64,000 bases of DNA from Chthonomonadales bacterium. GTDB lineage: Bacteria; Armatimonadota; Chthonomonadetes; Chthonomonadales; CAJBBX01. The translations under genes were made by a program, and so were the position numbers. Positions 47,088 to 57,173 of the stretch are shown here, one piece after another. The notes under the pieces were generated by a model. It did no database searches and was not told the DNA's origin. It was given only the letters and a program-made list of their open reading frames with translations. The stretch covers positions 64,946-128,945 of the forward strand of contig JABWBA010000001.1 of NCBI GenBank assembly GCA_013360745.1. The letters run 5' to 3'. How positions within the stretch are numbered: the first letter of the stretch is position 1; each line of letters starts with the position of its first letter.

Positions 47088-48200
47088 ATGTCTGAACGGG
47101 TGTTTCTGTATTCCGACGAGTATCAACGCTATGATATGGGCGCCGATCACCCTTTACGCCCGTCTCGCCTTGTAAACACGTATCGACTCCTCTCAGCGTA
47201 CTCAGCCTTCGATGGCGTGGTCGTCGCACACCCCAAACCCTGTTCGCTCGATTGGTTGGGGACGGCCCATTCCCAGGAGTACATCGATGCGGTCGATCGG
47301 CTGAGTACCGGCGAACACGTGCCCTTTCCGGGACGGTACGGTTTTGGTCACGGCGATAATCCCGTATTCCCGGATATGTACGAGGCGTCGCTCCTCTATA
47401 CCGGGGCGTCGCTCGATGCCGCAGAAGCAATCTGCTCCGGTGAAGCCCGGGCCTCGTTCAATATCAGCGGTGGATTGCATCACGCCCATTTCGATCGCGC
47501 CGCCGGTTTCTGTGTGTTCAACGATTGTGTTGTGGCGATCAACAGGCTCCGCGAACGCTTCGACCGCGTCGCCTATATTGATATCGATGTCCATCACGGC
47601 GACGGTGTACAAGAAGCGTACTATTCCGATCCATCGGTGCTTACGATATCGATCCACGAAAGCGGTCAGACGCTGTTTCCCGGCACCGGTTTCGTAAAGG
47701 AGATCGGTGAAGGGGGCGGCGCTGGGTACAGCGTTAACCTTCCCCTTTGGCCGTACACCGATGACGAAGCCTGGTACTACGCGTGGTCTACAGGCGCCAT
47801 GCCGATCCTGCGCGCGTTTCGACCGGAGGCGATCTGCCTGGAGTGTGGAACAGATCCCCACTACCTCGATCCTCTAGCGCGCCTGTGCCTTACCGCCCAG
47901 GGCTGGCTCAAGGCGATCGACGATGTGATGAGTATAGGCGTGCCGGTGGTGGCTCTAGGAGGCGGCGGTTATAACGCTACGACGGTACCGAGGATGTGGG
48001 CTCTAGCCTACGGGAGCATCTTCGGTGTGCAGCTGGCGGACGAAACGCCAACGGCGTTCGAGCATCACGCGAAGATTCCCACGCTGCGAGATACTGAGGA
48101 GCCGGAGATTGCCATGCACGATCGTGACTATGCCCGTGGATACGCTCGACAGATGATCGAGGAAGTTCGCAGTCGGCTATTCTCGTACCACGGATTGTGA
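47088..48200 (+). CDS. acuC: histone deacetylase-family amidohydrolase (AcuC-like)
   Basis: It contains SGGLHHAHFDRAAGFCVFND, DIDVHHGDGVQEAYY and GGGGY. Confidence 0.88.
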   Translation: MSERVFLYSDEYQRYDMGADHPLRPSRLVNTYRLLSAYSAFDGVVVAHPKPCSLDWLGTAHSQEYIDAVDRLSTGEHVPFPGRYGFGHGDNPVFPDMYEASLLYTGASLDAAEAICSGEARASFNISGGLHHAHFDRAAGFCVFNDCVVAINRLRERFDRVAYIDIDVHHGDGVQEAYYSDPSVLTISIHESGQTLFPGTGFVKEIGEGGGAGYSVNLPLWPYTDDEAWYYAWSTGAMPILRAFRPEAICLECGTDPHYLDPLARLCLTAQGWLKAIDDVMSIGVPVVALGGGGYNATTVPRMWALAYGSIFGVQLADETPTAFEHHAKIPTLRDTEEPEIAMHDRDYARGYARQMIEEVRSRLFSYHGL

Positions 48201-49514
48201 GCCAGATACTCCGCACATCCGGGTGAGCTCCTGAAAGAACGTCGGGAATGTCTTGTTGACGCAACTCGGATTACGGATGGCGAGATTGGGAACACGAAGG
48301 CCAAGGATGGAAAAACTCATCGCCATCCGGTGATCATCGTATGTGTCGACAGCCGCGCCTGTCACCGGTCCTGGATAGACCGTCAGACCATCGGTGTGCT
48401 CCTCCACTCTGACTTCCAGACGTCGGAGCTCTGTCACGAGGCATGATATACGATCGCACTCCTTGTATCGGATGTGCTCCACGTTTCTGATGTGCGTGGG
48501 ACTGGTGAACAGAGGTGCAATCGCCGCCAGCGTCAACACCGTATCGGAGATCGGGTTCATATCGATATCGATACCGTGCAGTGGTCCAGCGCCTTCTACG
48601 ATCACTGCGTCCTCCTCCCACGTAACTTTGCCGCCGCATTGCTGTAGAACAGATGCGAATGCGGCATCGCCCTGGAGGCTCTGCGCGCCAAGGCCATTGA
48701 TCCGAACACGCCCACCGGTTACGACTGCTGCGGCCATGAAGTACGAGCTTGCGGAGGCGTCAGGCTCCACGAAGTACTCTCGGGCCCGGTACTTCTGTGG
48801 AGCAGCAATATCGAACGTATATCCGTCCGGTGTCTCATGACAGGAAATATGAATCCCCCATGCGCGCTGCATTGCTTCGGTCATTCGGATATACGGTTCC
48901 GAACTGACCGAGCCTGCAGTGTGCAGTCGCAAGGGACTTTGCGCGTAGGGCGCGGCCAGTAGAAGGCCACTCAAGAACTGACTGCTCACATCGGCCCGAA
49001 TGCTAGTCTCGCCGCCTTGGAGCCCGTTGGCGCTCAGGAGCACGGGAGGATATCCATTCCCTCGTTCGGAACGGATCTCCACCCCCAGCTCACGAAGCGT
49101 GTCCAGCAGAGGACCGATCGGACGCTGCCTCATTCGCTCTGTACCATCGAGGTGGTACTGGCCATGGCCAAGGGCAAGAGCCGCGGTAAGAAAGCGAGCC
49201 GTAGTCCCGGAGTTGCCGACGAACAGATCGGCGCGGGAAACCGGTATCTCGCCGGCACAACCATGGATCACGATCGTCTGCGAGCTCGGTTCGGTGGTTA
49301 GGCCGATGCCAAGAGCGCGAAGAGCCCCGATCATGACTTCGGTGTCGTCGCAGAACAGCGCATTACGCAGGGTGGAGACTCCATCCGCCAACGCGGCGAT
49401 GATCAGGGCACGGTTGGTAATCGACTTGCTGCCCGGCAGATTGGGCGCACCCTGAACCGGCCCGGGAGCTAACGCGACCGGATAGGGATCCGGCAGTTGG
49501 ACCGAACGGCTCAC
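48177..49514 (-). CDS. aroA: 3-phosphoshikimate 1-carboxyvinyltransferase (EPSP synthase)
   Basis: It contains LPGSKSITNRALIIAALADG, GNSGTTARFL, VRNVEHIRYKECDR and DDHRMAMSF. Confidence 0.93.
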   Translation of the reverse strand: MSRSVQLPDPYPVALAPGPVQGAPNLPGSKSITNRALIIAALADGVSTLRNALFCDDTEVMIGALRALGIGLTTEPSSQTIVIHGCAGEIPVSRADLFVGNSGTTARFLTAALALGHGQYHLDGTERMRQRPIGPLLDTLRELGVEIRSERGNGYPPVLLSANGLQGGETSIRADVSSQFLSGLLLAAPYAQSPLRLHTAGSVSSEPYIRMTEAMQRAWGIHISCHETPDGYTFDIAAPQKYRAREYFVEPDASASSYFMAAAVVTGGRVRINGLGAQSLQGDAAFASVLQQCGGKVTWEEDAVIVEGAGPLHGIDIDMNPISDTVLTLAAIAPLFTSPTHIRNVEHIRYKECDRISCLVTELRRLEVRVEEHTDGLTVYPGPVTGAAVDTYDDHRMAMSFSILGLRVPNLAIRNPSCVNKTFPTFFQELTRMCGVSGSQSVVRE

Positions 49515-50380
49515 GACGGTGTATGGCCTTCGCGCAACAACTCTGCCACGTGATCGATGTTCCTTGCGTTCAGGGCTTCGCGTATGGAACGAAGTCGCGC
49601 CTCAGTATCGATGAGCGCATCGACGACGTTGGCGCCATTGTCGGCCAGGATTGCAGCCCAGACATCGGGGCTGCTTCTAGCGACTCGGGTCGCGTCCCGG
49701 AAACTGCCGCCAGAATGGGCAGCGGCGTTTGTATCGAGCTGTTGACCGACCGCGGCCAGGACAAACGCAAGGAGATGCGGCAAAGCGCTCAGCCGCGCCT
49801 GAAGCCGGTCGTGCTGGGCTGGCGAGATGTAAGACGGTCGGGCGCCCAACGTGGCGACGAGGCCCGTAATCCGATCCAGCGCCCACGATTGCGTTGCTGG
49901 TGTCGGGGTTAGCAGCCACGGCGCATGTCGGAACATGTCCGGCCGTGCAGCCGAGGGGCCGGATCGCTCTGAACCCGCCATAGGATGACCGCCGACGAAC
50001 CGCCCGCCAAGCAGGGGTTCACATTCCCGAACGATGCGCTCTTTGGTGCCGCCGACATCAGTTACCGCAGCATCATCCCTTACATACGGGATGATGGCGC
50101 CCGCAACATCGACCACTGTATCGATGGGCGTTGCGATGATGATAACATCCGAACGTTGAACGGCTTCGGAACCATGCTCAGTGACACGGTCGACAGCGCC
50201 GATCCGTAAGGCAGTGTCGGCGGAGGTTGGCGATCGGTCGAGTCCGACGATACGTGTCCGAGGCGCAGCTCGCTTCAGGGCAAGGCCGATGGAGGAGCCG
50301 ATCAGCCCCAGACCGATGATCGCTATGGATTGTCCGTCCGCGGTGTCTCCCATCAGACTCTCACCGCCCAGTGTGCGCAA
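49511..50380 (-). CDS. tyrA: prephenate dehydrogenase
   Basis: It has the Rossmann motif IAIIGLGLIGSSIG and GGHPMAGSE. The stop overlaps the aroA start. An alternative start is at 50353. Confidence 0.85.
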   Translation of the reverse strand: MRTLGGESLMGDTADGQSIAIIGLGLIGSSIGLALKRAAPRTRIVGLDRSPTSADTALRIGAVDRVTEHGSEAVQRSDVIIIATPIDTVVDVAGAIIPYVRDDAAVTDVGGTKERIVRECEPLLGGRFVGGHPMAGSERSGPSAARPDMFRHAPWLLTPTPATQSWALDRITGLVATLGARPSYISPAQHDRLQARLSALPHLLAFVLAAVGQQLDTNAAAHSGGSFRDATRVARSSPDVWAAILADNGANVVDALIDTEARLRSIREALNARNIDHVAELLREGHTPS

Positions 50381-50452
50381 GATACCGCAGGTTCAACGTG
50401 TGGCGTGGGGAAAACCGGCACTGGGCTGGCGCCGGACGGCCCCGCTCGTCAT

Positions 50453-51475
50453 CTAGCAATCGCGGCCTACCGCATGGACGATCGCCCTGAGCCTCTCCAT
50501 CAACGCAGTGAAGTTGGCGAAGGTTAGAGACTGCGCGCCATCCTTCAAGGCCAACGCGGGAGTCGGATGCACTTCGACCATGACGCCGTCGGCGCCCGCA
50601 GCCACCGCACCGCAGGCAACGGGCGTTACCAGGTCCCATCGACCGGTTCCATGCGCGGGATCCGCGATGATCGGAAGATGGGACAGGCTCTTGAGCGCGG
50701 GTATTGCGTTGATATCGAACGTATTTCTCGTATATGTCTCGAACGTGCGAATGCCACGCTCGCAGAGGATGATATCGTAGTTGCCGCGCGACGCGATGTA
50801 CTCGGCGGCTTGAAGCCATTCCTCGATCGTGCTTGCCCATCCCCGCTTCAGCATGACCGGCGTTCTCGCCGCTCCGATCTCCCGAAGCAGCGTGAAGTTG
50901 GTCATATTACGGGTGCCGACTTGCAGGATGTCCGCATAGCCGCATACCAGCTCCACGTCCCTCGGGTCCATGACTTCGGTGATGATCGGCATGCCCGTGG
51001 CGTCGCGCGCGGCGGCAAGCAGCTTCAAACCGTCCTCACCCATGCCATGAAAGCTGTACGGCGATGTAGACGGCTTGAAAGCTCCGCCACGCAGAATGTG
51101 CGCGCCCGCTTCCCGTACATGGGTCGCAGTGGCGATCATCATCTCTTCCGATTCGATCGTACACGGACCCGCCATGACGCAGATCCGCGAGCCGCCAATC
51201 TCGACATCCCGGACGCGAATCGTCGTACCCTGAGGGCGAAATTGACGCGCCACCACCTTATAGGGTTTTGAGATGGGTACCACGCGATCAACGTACGTAA
51301 GCGCAGCCAGTTGACCCTCGAGTTCGGCCTTCTGGTCGTCGAGCGCCCCGATGGCTCCAAGGATCGTCGTCTCCACACCGCGGGAGAGATGGATCCCGAG
51401 GCCTCTCGCTTCGAGAAACGCCCGTACCTCATCGATCTGGGTATCGGTGACGTCGCGGTTCAAAATGATGATCAC
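50453..51475 (-). CDS. aroF: 3-deoxy-7-phosphoheptulonate (DAHP) synthase, type I-beta with N-terminal regulatory domain
   Basis: The core reads MAGPCTIESEE..LRGGAFKPSTSPYSFHG..LKRG..CERGIRTFE..DPAHG, preceded by a ferredoxin-like N-terminal extension of about 70 aa. It has a GTG start with a GGAGA RBS. Confidence 0.9.
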   Translation of the reverse strand: MIIILNRDVTDTQIDEVRAFLEARGLGIHLSRGVETTILGAIGALDDQKAELEGQLAALTYVDRVVPISKPYKVVARQFRPQGTTIRVRDVEIGGSRICVMAGPCTIESEEMMIATATHVREAGAHILRGGAFKPSTSPYSFHGMGEDGLKLLAAARDATGMPIITEVMDPRDVELVCGYADILQVGTRNMTNFTLLREIGAARTPVMLKRGWASTIEEWLQAAEYIASRGNYDIILCERGIRTFETYTRNTFDINAIPALKSLSHLPIIADPAHGTGRWDLVTPVACGAVAAGADGVMVEVHPTPALALKDGAQSLTFANFTALMERLRAIVHAVGRDC

Positions 51476-51497
51476 GTTATGTTATCTCCGTGGCGGC

Positions 51498-51506
51498 ATT
51501 ATAGCA
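51498..51506 (-). promoter_or_regulatory. candidate extended -10 promoter (TGcTATAAT) for the aroF-tyrA-aroA operon
   Basis: The minus strand reads gTGcTATAAT, with the TATAAT ending 22 nt upstream of the aroF GTG. I found no good -35. Confidence 0.4.
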
Positions 51507-51532
51507 CGGCGCCCGATCGCGACTTCAGGACC

Positions 51533-51561
51533 TTGACGCCGATTAGTCGCAACGGTATACT
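51533..51561 (+). promoter_or_regulatory. sigma70-type promoter for the valS leader (TTGACG-17-TATACT)
   Basis: The sequence is TTGACG ccgattagtcgcaacgg TATACT. It is divergent from the aro operon promoter. Confidence 0.6.
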
Positions 51562-51567
51562 CCAGGA

Positions 51568-51830
51568 AATCGCATAATGAGACGTTGATGGGGAGGAGTA
51601 CCTCGACTCGAGCCTCAGCGAGGGCGGGATGGTGTGAGCCGCCTGGCTACCAGCGGGGGAACGTCGCCCCGGAGTCATCCTGCGAACTCCTTCAATGCGA
51701 GGCAACAGGATCGGGTACCGCCCGTTACAGCGTGATGAGCGCCCGTCTTGGAATGGACGGGAAGGAAGGTGGTACCGCGCGGCCAGGCCTGCGTCCTTCG
51801 TAATGAGGACGCGGGCTTTTTGTGTTTTGT
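51568..51830 (+). promoter_or_regulatory. T-box leader (tRNA-sensing riboswitch), probable valine specifier, with intrinsic terminator
   Basis: It has a stem I base GATGGGGAGGAGTA and distal elements AGCGAG and TGGTGTGAG. The candidate specifier is GAAC-GUC-G (GTC at 51663-51665). The T-box core GGTGGTACCGCG is at 51768-51779. The terminator (51788-51815) is CCTGCGTCCT-tcgtaatg-AGGACGCGGG, followed by CTTTTTGTGTTTTG. Confidence 0.8.
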
Positions 51831-51871
51831 TATGGAGGGCGTTTGTTAGGAGGTTGGAGGCACTCGTACTT

Positions 51872-54547
51872 ATGGAACTGGCAAAAGCATACGATCCGAG
51901 CACCGTAGAAACACGGCGATATGAAGCTTGGCGACAGGCGGGCGTGTTCGACGCTTTACCCGGAGCCGGGACTCCCTATTGCATCACGATTCCGCCGCCA
52001 AACGTGACCGGCAGCCTTCACATCGGCCATGCCCTCAATAACTCGATCATCGATTGTCTCATACGATGGCGGCGGATGATGGGCGACAATGTGCTGTGCC
52101 TGCCCGGCACCGACCACGCGGGCATCGCGACGCAAGCCGTTGTTGAACGGGAGATCGCCAAGGAAGGCCTGACGCGGCACGATCTTGGCCGTGACCGCTT
52201 TGTGGAACGCTGCTGGGAGTGGCGTCGTGAGTACGGTGACCGGATATACACCCAGTTCCAGCGCCTTGGCTGCTCCTATGATTGGTCCCGCACCAGGTTT
52301 ACTCTGGACCGTTCGTATGTGGACTCGGTCTATGAGGAGTTCCTTCGATGGTGGGATCGAGGGCTCATCTACAGAGGGATCCGAGTCGTCAACTGGTGTC
52401 CCCGTTGTTCCTCTGCGATTTCGGATATCGAGGTGAATACTGAAGAGCGGCAGGGGACGCTCTTTCACATCCGCTATCCGCTGGAGGACGGCTCGGGTTG
52501 GGTCACGATCGCTACGACCCGGCCTGAAACCATGCTCGGAGATACCGCTGTCGTGGTGCATCCGGACGATGGACGATACTCCGGACTGCACGGACGATTG
52601 GTTGGCCTGCCGCTAACGGACAGAACGATACCCATTATCCCTGACTCGCACGCTCGGATGGATTTCGGCACGGGAGCGGTGAAAGTCACGCCCGCCCACG
52701 ATCTAGACGATTTTGAGATCGGCATCAGACACCAGTTGCCGCAGCTCAAAGTGATCGGTGATGATGCGCGTATGACCGAAGAAGCAGGTGACCGGTACGC
52801 AGGCCTGGATCGATACGACTGTCGATCTCGAGTGCTCGAGGACCTACAGCATCTGGGCTTGTTGGAGCGTGACGAGCCATACGTCGTCAAGACCCCACTC
52901 TGTGATCGTTGTCGCACCGTGCTGGAACCCTTGCTCTCCGAACAATGGTTTGCGCGACAGGAGGAGCTCGCCCAGATTGCGATCAGGGTCGTAGAAGAAG
53001 GCCGGATCCGAATCCATCCGGAGCGCTACACCCGTGTTTATCTGGATTGGATGACCAATATCCGCGATTGGTGCATCTCGCGGCAGCTGTGGTGGGGACA
53101 CAGAATACCGATCTGGTGGGCGGAGGATGGGCGCTATTCGGCCGGGCGATCAGTGGAAGACGCGGCAAGCCGCCTGGGGGTCACGGCCGACTCGCTCCGG
53201 CAGGATGAGGATGTTCTCGATACATGGTTCTCTTCCGCTCTGTGGCCACACGCCACTCTTGGCTGGCCGAAAACTACTGATGACCTCGCCTTCTGGTATC
53301 CAACTAACGTGCTGTCTACGGCGCAGGAGATCCTCTACCTCTGGGTGGCACGAATGATCATGACCGGTATGGACTTCATGGGTGATGTTCCGTTCCGTGA
53401 TGTGTACATTCACGCAACCGTACTCGATGCTCGCGGAGAACGGATGTCCAAGAGTAAGGGCAATGGAGTCGATCCACTGGAGATGATCGACAAGTACGGC
53501 GCCGACGCGCTGCGGCTTTCCCTGTTGCAGCATGCGGGCAAGAATCAGGATATTCGGTTCTCAGAGGAAAGGGTGAAGCTCGCGGGCGCCTTCGCGAATA
53601 AGCTCTGGAACGTCGGGCGTTTCGTCCTGGCGCAGCGATCACAGACGGATATCATGACCGAGTGCGAGGATGCTGCTACATTATCCGCGCTACCGGATCG
53701 ATGGATCGTATCGCGACTGCACCGGACGATCCGAGCCGTCGAAGAGGGCTTTCGCTCGTTCGATCTCGATGATGCGGTTCGCGCTCTCCATGGGTTCGTA
53801 TGGGACGACTTCTGCGACTGGTACGTGGAGGCTGCGAAGGGGCGCATGCGTCAGCCAGGCCCGGATCAGGATGCCGCTGTGCGGACACTGGTGTACGTGA
53901 TGGACCAGGTATTGCGGCTCCTCCATCCCATCGTTCCCCATGTGACGGAGGAGCTATGGCAGGCGCTGCACCATTCTGAAGCCCGTGTGTCGGGCTCGCC
54001 TTTTCTGGCCCAGGCGGATTTCCCGCGCGCTGATGTCCGTCGCTTCGATGACGCCGCCGAAACCGATATGGACCTCTTGATCGAGGTGGTGCGCGCGATC
54101 CGGAATACCCGATCCGAGCTCAAGATTCCTCCAGCAGCGCGTTCCGATGTCTGGCTCGTTCCCGCTGCGGATCGGTCCAGAGCGTTGATAGCCGAAAACC
54201 AGGACACCGTACGATTACTTGGCCGAGTTGGCGAGTTGACCGTTCATGTTATGCCGCCCAATGAAACGCGCCTCTGGGCAGGGCAGCTGGCGGATACCGT
54301 CGAAGTGTTTGTCCGCGTTGACACCGGCCTGGATCTCAACGATGAACGCCGGCGGCTGGATAAGGAAATCGCGGAGGCGCGGAGCGATGTCGATCGGTGC
54401 CGCGGCCGTCTGGACAACGAGGCGTTCGTCTCGCGCGCGCCGTCGGCGGTGGTCGACAAGGAGCGCGCACGCCTGCAGGAACACGAGGAACGCCTGGCTC
54501 GTTTGCTCGCGCGCCTTGCGGCGCTTCCGCCCGACGGCCCATCGTAA
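51872..54547 (+). CDS. valS: valine--tRNA ligase
   Basis: It has PPPNVTGSLHIGH (HIGH motif), KMSKSKGN (KMSKS motif), the editing domain and the C-terminal coiled coil. The start was trimmed to the ATG at 51872 behind AGGAGG. Confidence 0.95.
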   Translation: MELAKAYDPSTVETRRYEAWRQAGVFDALPGAGTPYCITIPPPNVTGSLHIGHALNNSIIDCLIRWRRMMGDNVLCLPGTDHAGIATQAVVEREIAKEGLTRHDLGRDRFVERCWEWRREYGDRIYTQFQRLGCSYDWSRTRFTLDRSYVDSVYEEFLRWWDRGLIYRGIRVVNWCPRCSSAISDIEVNTEERQGTLFHIRYPLEDGSGWVTIATTRPETMLGDTAVVVHPDDGRYSGLHGRLVGLPLTDRTIPIIPDSHARMDFGTGAVKVTPAHDLDDFEIGIRHQLPQLKVIGDDARMTEEAGDRYAGLDRYDCRSRVLEDLQHLGLLERDEPYVVKTPLCDRCRTVLEPLLSEQWFARQEELAQIAIRVVEEGRIRIHPERYTRVYLDWMTNIRDWCISRQLWWGHRIPIWWAEDGRYSAGRSVEDAASRLGVTADSLRQDEDVLDTWFSSALWPHATLGWPKTTDDLAFWYPTNVLSTAQEILYLWVARMIMTGMDFMGDVPFRDVYIHATVLDARGERMSKSKGNGVDPLEMIDKYGADALRLSLLQHAGKNQDIRFSEERVKLAGAFANKLWNVGRFVLAQRSQTDIMTECEDAATLSALPDRWIVSRLHRTIRAVEEGFRSFDLDDAVRALHGFVWDDFCDWYVEAAKGRMRQPGPDQDAAVRTLVYVMDQVLRLLHPIVPHVTEELWQALHHSEARVSGSPFLAQADFPRADVRRFDDAAETDMDLLIEVVRAIRNTRSELKIPPAARSDVWLVPAADRSRALIAENQDTVRLLGRVGELTVHVMPPNETRLWAGQLADTVEVFVRVDTGLDLNDERRRLDKEIAEARSDVDRCRGRLDNEAFVSRAPSAVVDKERARLQEHEERLARLLARLAALPPDGPS

Positions 54548-54675
54548 ATAACGCTTGACTGCGCTGAGGGACATCGTCCGATGCGCGTCTACTCCCTGGA
54601 GAGGGCGGGTATCCTTCTCCCGGCGATCGGGGCATGCGTCGATCATCCGATGATTGCGGAGGACTAGGGAACAGG

Positions 54676-55392
54676 ATGCGTAGATTGGACGGCAGGACGC
54701 AAGATCAGTTACGGGAGGTCTTGCTGCAGCGAAACTATCTCCCGCAAGCCGAGGGGTCCTGTCTCATCACGATTGGCAATACGAAGGTGATCTGCACCGC
54801 CTCGGTGGAGGAACGCGTCCCTCCGTTTCTGAAAGGCAGCGGTCAGGGGTGGGTCACCGCCGAATACTCCATGTTGCCACGCTCGACTTCAGAGCGTTCA
54901 CCGCGTGAGACACGCGGGCCGGGCGGGCGCACCATGGAGATACAGAGGCTGATCGGCCGGAGTTTACGCGCGATCGTCGACCTGAATGGGTTGGGAGAGC
55001 GATCAATCACGATCGATTGCGACGTGCTGTCCGCGGATGGAGGCACCCGTACTGCGGCAATCACCGGCGCCTATGTGGCGTTGGTGGATGCAGTACGCTG
55101 GATGACAGCACAACGCTGGATCCAGAAATCTCCGGTCGAGGGCATGGTCGCGGCCGTGAGTGTCGGGGTCGTCCAGGGCGCAGAGGTCCTCGACCTGTGT
55201 TATGAGGAGGACCGTCAGGCATCGGTTGATATGAACATCGTCGCAACAGACAAGGGGCGATATATCGAAGTCCAGGGAACGGCGGAAGGTATCCCGTTCG
55301 ATCGCTCAACGCTGAACCGGCTCCTGGATCTTGCCCATCATGGCATACAGCACCTGATAAAAGCCCAGCGTGAAGTACTCGAACTCGCCTGA
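54676..55392 (+). CDS. rph: ribonuclease PH
   Basis: It contains [64 protein letters not shown] and VEVQGTAEG. Confidence 0.93.
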   Translation: MRRLDGRTQDQLREVLLQRNYLPQAEGSCLITIGNTKVICTASVEERVPPFLKGSGQGWVTAEYSMLPRSTSERSPRETRGPGGRTMEIQRLIGRSLRAIVDLNGLGERSITIDCDVLSADGGTRTAAITGAYVALVDAVRWMTAQRWIQKSPVEGMVAAVSVGVVQGAEVLDLCYEEDRQASVDMNIVATDKGRYIEVQGTAEGIPFDRSTLNRLLDLAHHGIQHLIKAQREVLELA

Positions 55393-55416
55393 CGTTCTCC
55401 CGGACTGTTGTCGACC

Positions 55417-55929
55417 ATGATGCGCCTCCTGTTGATGCGGCATGGCGCGGCGGAAGATCGCGCACCGTCGGGACGAGACGCGGATCGGCGGCTTACCGAT
55501 ACAACCGTCACTCGACTCGCCGTTGCAGGGCGGATCCTTGCAGATCAGGGATATGCACCCGAGGTGATCCTCAGCAGTCCATTCGAGCGGGCGAGGCGGA
55601 CGGCGGAGTTGATGGCCGAGGCGCTCCACCCCCCGTGCGGCGTGGTCGTATGCGACCTTCTGGCGGGATCGTACACGCTGGCGATGCTCGAGGATGTGGT
55701 GGGTGTGCACGCGGGGGTAACCGAGTTGATGATCGTTGGACATAATCCGACGGTTACGCACATCGTCCGGCACTTGACCGATACCCAGAACGTTTCGCTC
55801 TCACCCGGGATGATCGCCGTCGTTGATCTTCCATCGGGATCGTTCATCCGCCGGGAAGGCGTTCTCCAGCGTGTTATCGACACCGAAACGCTGTCCACAA
55901 GTGACTTTGATAGCGCCCGCCATGGATGA
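55417..55929 (+). CDS. sixA: histidine phosphatase family protein (SixA-like)
   Basis: It has the N-terminal RHG motif MRLLLMRHGAAE and a downstream VGHNP. Confidence 0.75.
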   Translation: MMRLLLMRHGAAEDRAPSGRDADRRLTDTTVTRLAVAGRILADQGYAPEVILSSPFERARRTAELMAEALHPPCGVVVCDLLAGSYTLAMLEDVVGVHAGVTELMIVGHNPTVTHIVRHLTDTQNVSLSPGMIAVVDLPSGSFIRREGVLQRVIDTETLSTSDFDSARHG

Positions 55930-56461
55930 GCGATTGCCGCAGTTGCTGATGTGCCGTGAACTCGATATTGCCCCGCTAGATCCTTACGTTTCGTGTGATT
56001 TCCTCGTCCGCCCGGCTACAACCGATGATGAGCCTGGTATCGCGGGCGTTCTCACGGACGCGTTCAACGACGCATGGTCTGTGGATAGGGTCGCTCGCGA
56101 GTTAACGCGGCGCTGCGATGTCGACACGGTTTTCGTTGCAGAGGCGGACGTTAAGATCGTTGGCACTGCTTCGGCCCGTCTCGGGACTCACCTTATCCCC
56201 GGAGCCGGCTATGTACACTGGGTGGCGACGGCGGGCGGGTATAGGGGTCGCGGCGTGGCCCGGGCGCTCTGTGCGGCCGTCCTTCGCCGATTTCAGGAAC
56301 TTGGCTGCCGTTCCGTCGTACTGGAGACCGATGACGCACGAACTGAAGCCGTGCGACTCTACTGGCGCCTCGGCTTTCGCCCGTTATCTCGCCACCCGAT
56401 GGACGGGACACGATGGGACGCCGTACTTGCGGCCTGCGATCTCTGTGATAGGGAGGAATAG
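55922..56461 (+). CDS. GNAT-family N-acetyltransferase
   Basis: It has the acetyl-CoA binding segment YRGRGVARALCAAVL and a conserved LYWRLGF tail. The ATG overlaps the sixA stop (ATGGATGA). Confidence 0.8.
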   Translation: MDERLPQLLMCRELDIAPLDPYVSCDFLVRPATTDDEPGIAGVLTDAFNDAWSVDRVARELTRRCDVDTVFVAEADVKIVGTASARLGTHLIPGAGYVHWVATAGGYRGRGVARALCAAVLRRFQELGCRSVVLETDDARTEAVRLYWRLGFRPLSRHPMDGTRWDAVLAACDLCDREE

Positions 56462-56464
56462 GCG

Positions 56465-57130
56465 TTGAAAAGGGCGCTGATTGTCTGGGGCGGATGGGAA
56501 GGCCACGAGCCGGAACCGATCGCACGGTGGTTTGGTTCACTGTTGGAAGACATGGGCATGGAGGTTCGGCTCGAGAACTCGCTGGAGGTCCTGCGACACC
56601 GTGACCTGCTGTTCGAGCAGAGCCTCATCGTCCCTGTCTGGACGATGGGGACGATTCACCCGGATGAGATCGCGAGTCTGGACGAGGCGGTCCAACGGGG
56701 CGTCGGACTTGGAGGCTGCCATGGCGGGATGTGCGACGCCTTCCGAGATTGTCCGGACTACCAGTTCATGACCGGTGGGCAGTGGGTTGCTCATCCGGGT
56801 AACGACGGCGTGACGTATGATGTGCGCATAATCCGTCCTGATCACCCGGTGACTGCGGGCGTTCCCGATTTCACCGTTACCTCGGAACACTATTATTTGC
56901 ACGTGGATCCTTCGAACACCGTACTGGCCGTGACGCCGATGCCGGTTGCGGGAGGACCGCACGTCACCAACGGTTCCTTTGACATGCCGGTCGTGTGGGT
57001 ACGCCTCCACGGTCAGGGGCGGGTGTTCTATATCTCGCTTGGCCACACCCTCGCCACGCTGCTGAATCCGGAACCGAGCGCTATTTGTCGGAACGGCCTG
57101 GCCTGGGCTGCGAGGATCGAGCCGCTGTAA
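56465..57130 (+). CDS. ThuA-domain protein
   Basis: It contains ALIVWGGWEGHEP, GGCHGG, QWVAHPG and FYISLGH, typical of the ThuA-like fold. It has a TTG start. Confidence 0.75.
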   Translation: MKRALIVWGGWEGHEPEPIARWFGSLLEDMGMEVRLENSLEVLRHRDLLFEQSLIVPVWTMGTIHPDEIASLDEAVQRGVGLGGCHGGMCDAFRDCPDYQFMTGGQWVAHPGNDGVTYDVRIIRPDHPVTAGVPDFTVTSEHYYLHVDPSNTVLAVTPMPVAGGPHVTNGSFDMPVVWVRLHGQGRVFYISLGHTLATLLNPEPSAICRNGLAWAARIEPL

Positions 57131-57173
57131 CGGTATAGCCGATGGAGCCGGGGTCACGTTTGCGAGGAGCAAT

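Noticed and set aside
48177-48200. The 3' ends of acuC (+) and aroA (-) overlap convergently by 24 nt. Only a 5-nt gap separates rqcH from ahcY, and the hypothetical protein at 60137-60628 overlaps the oxidoreductase by 17 nt.
   Set aside because: Short convergent overlaps are common in compact GC-rich genomes, and nothing structural is associated with them.
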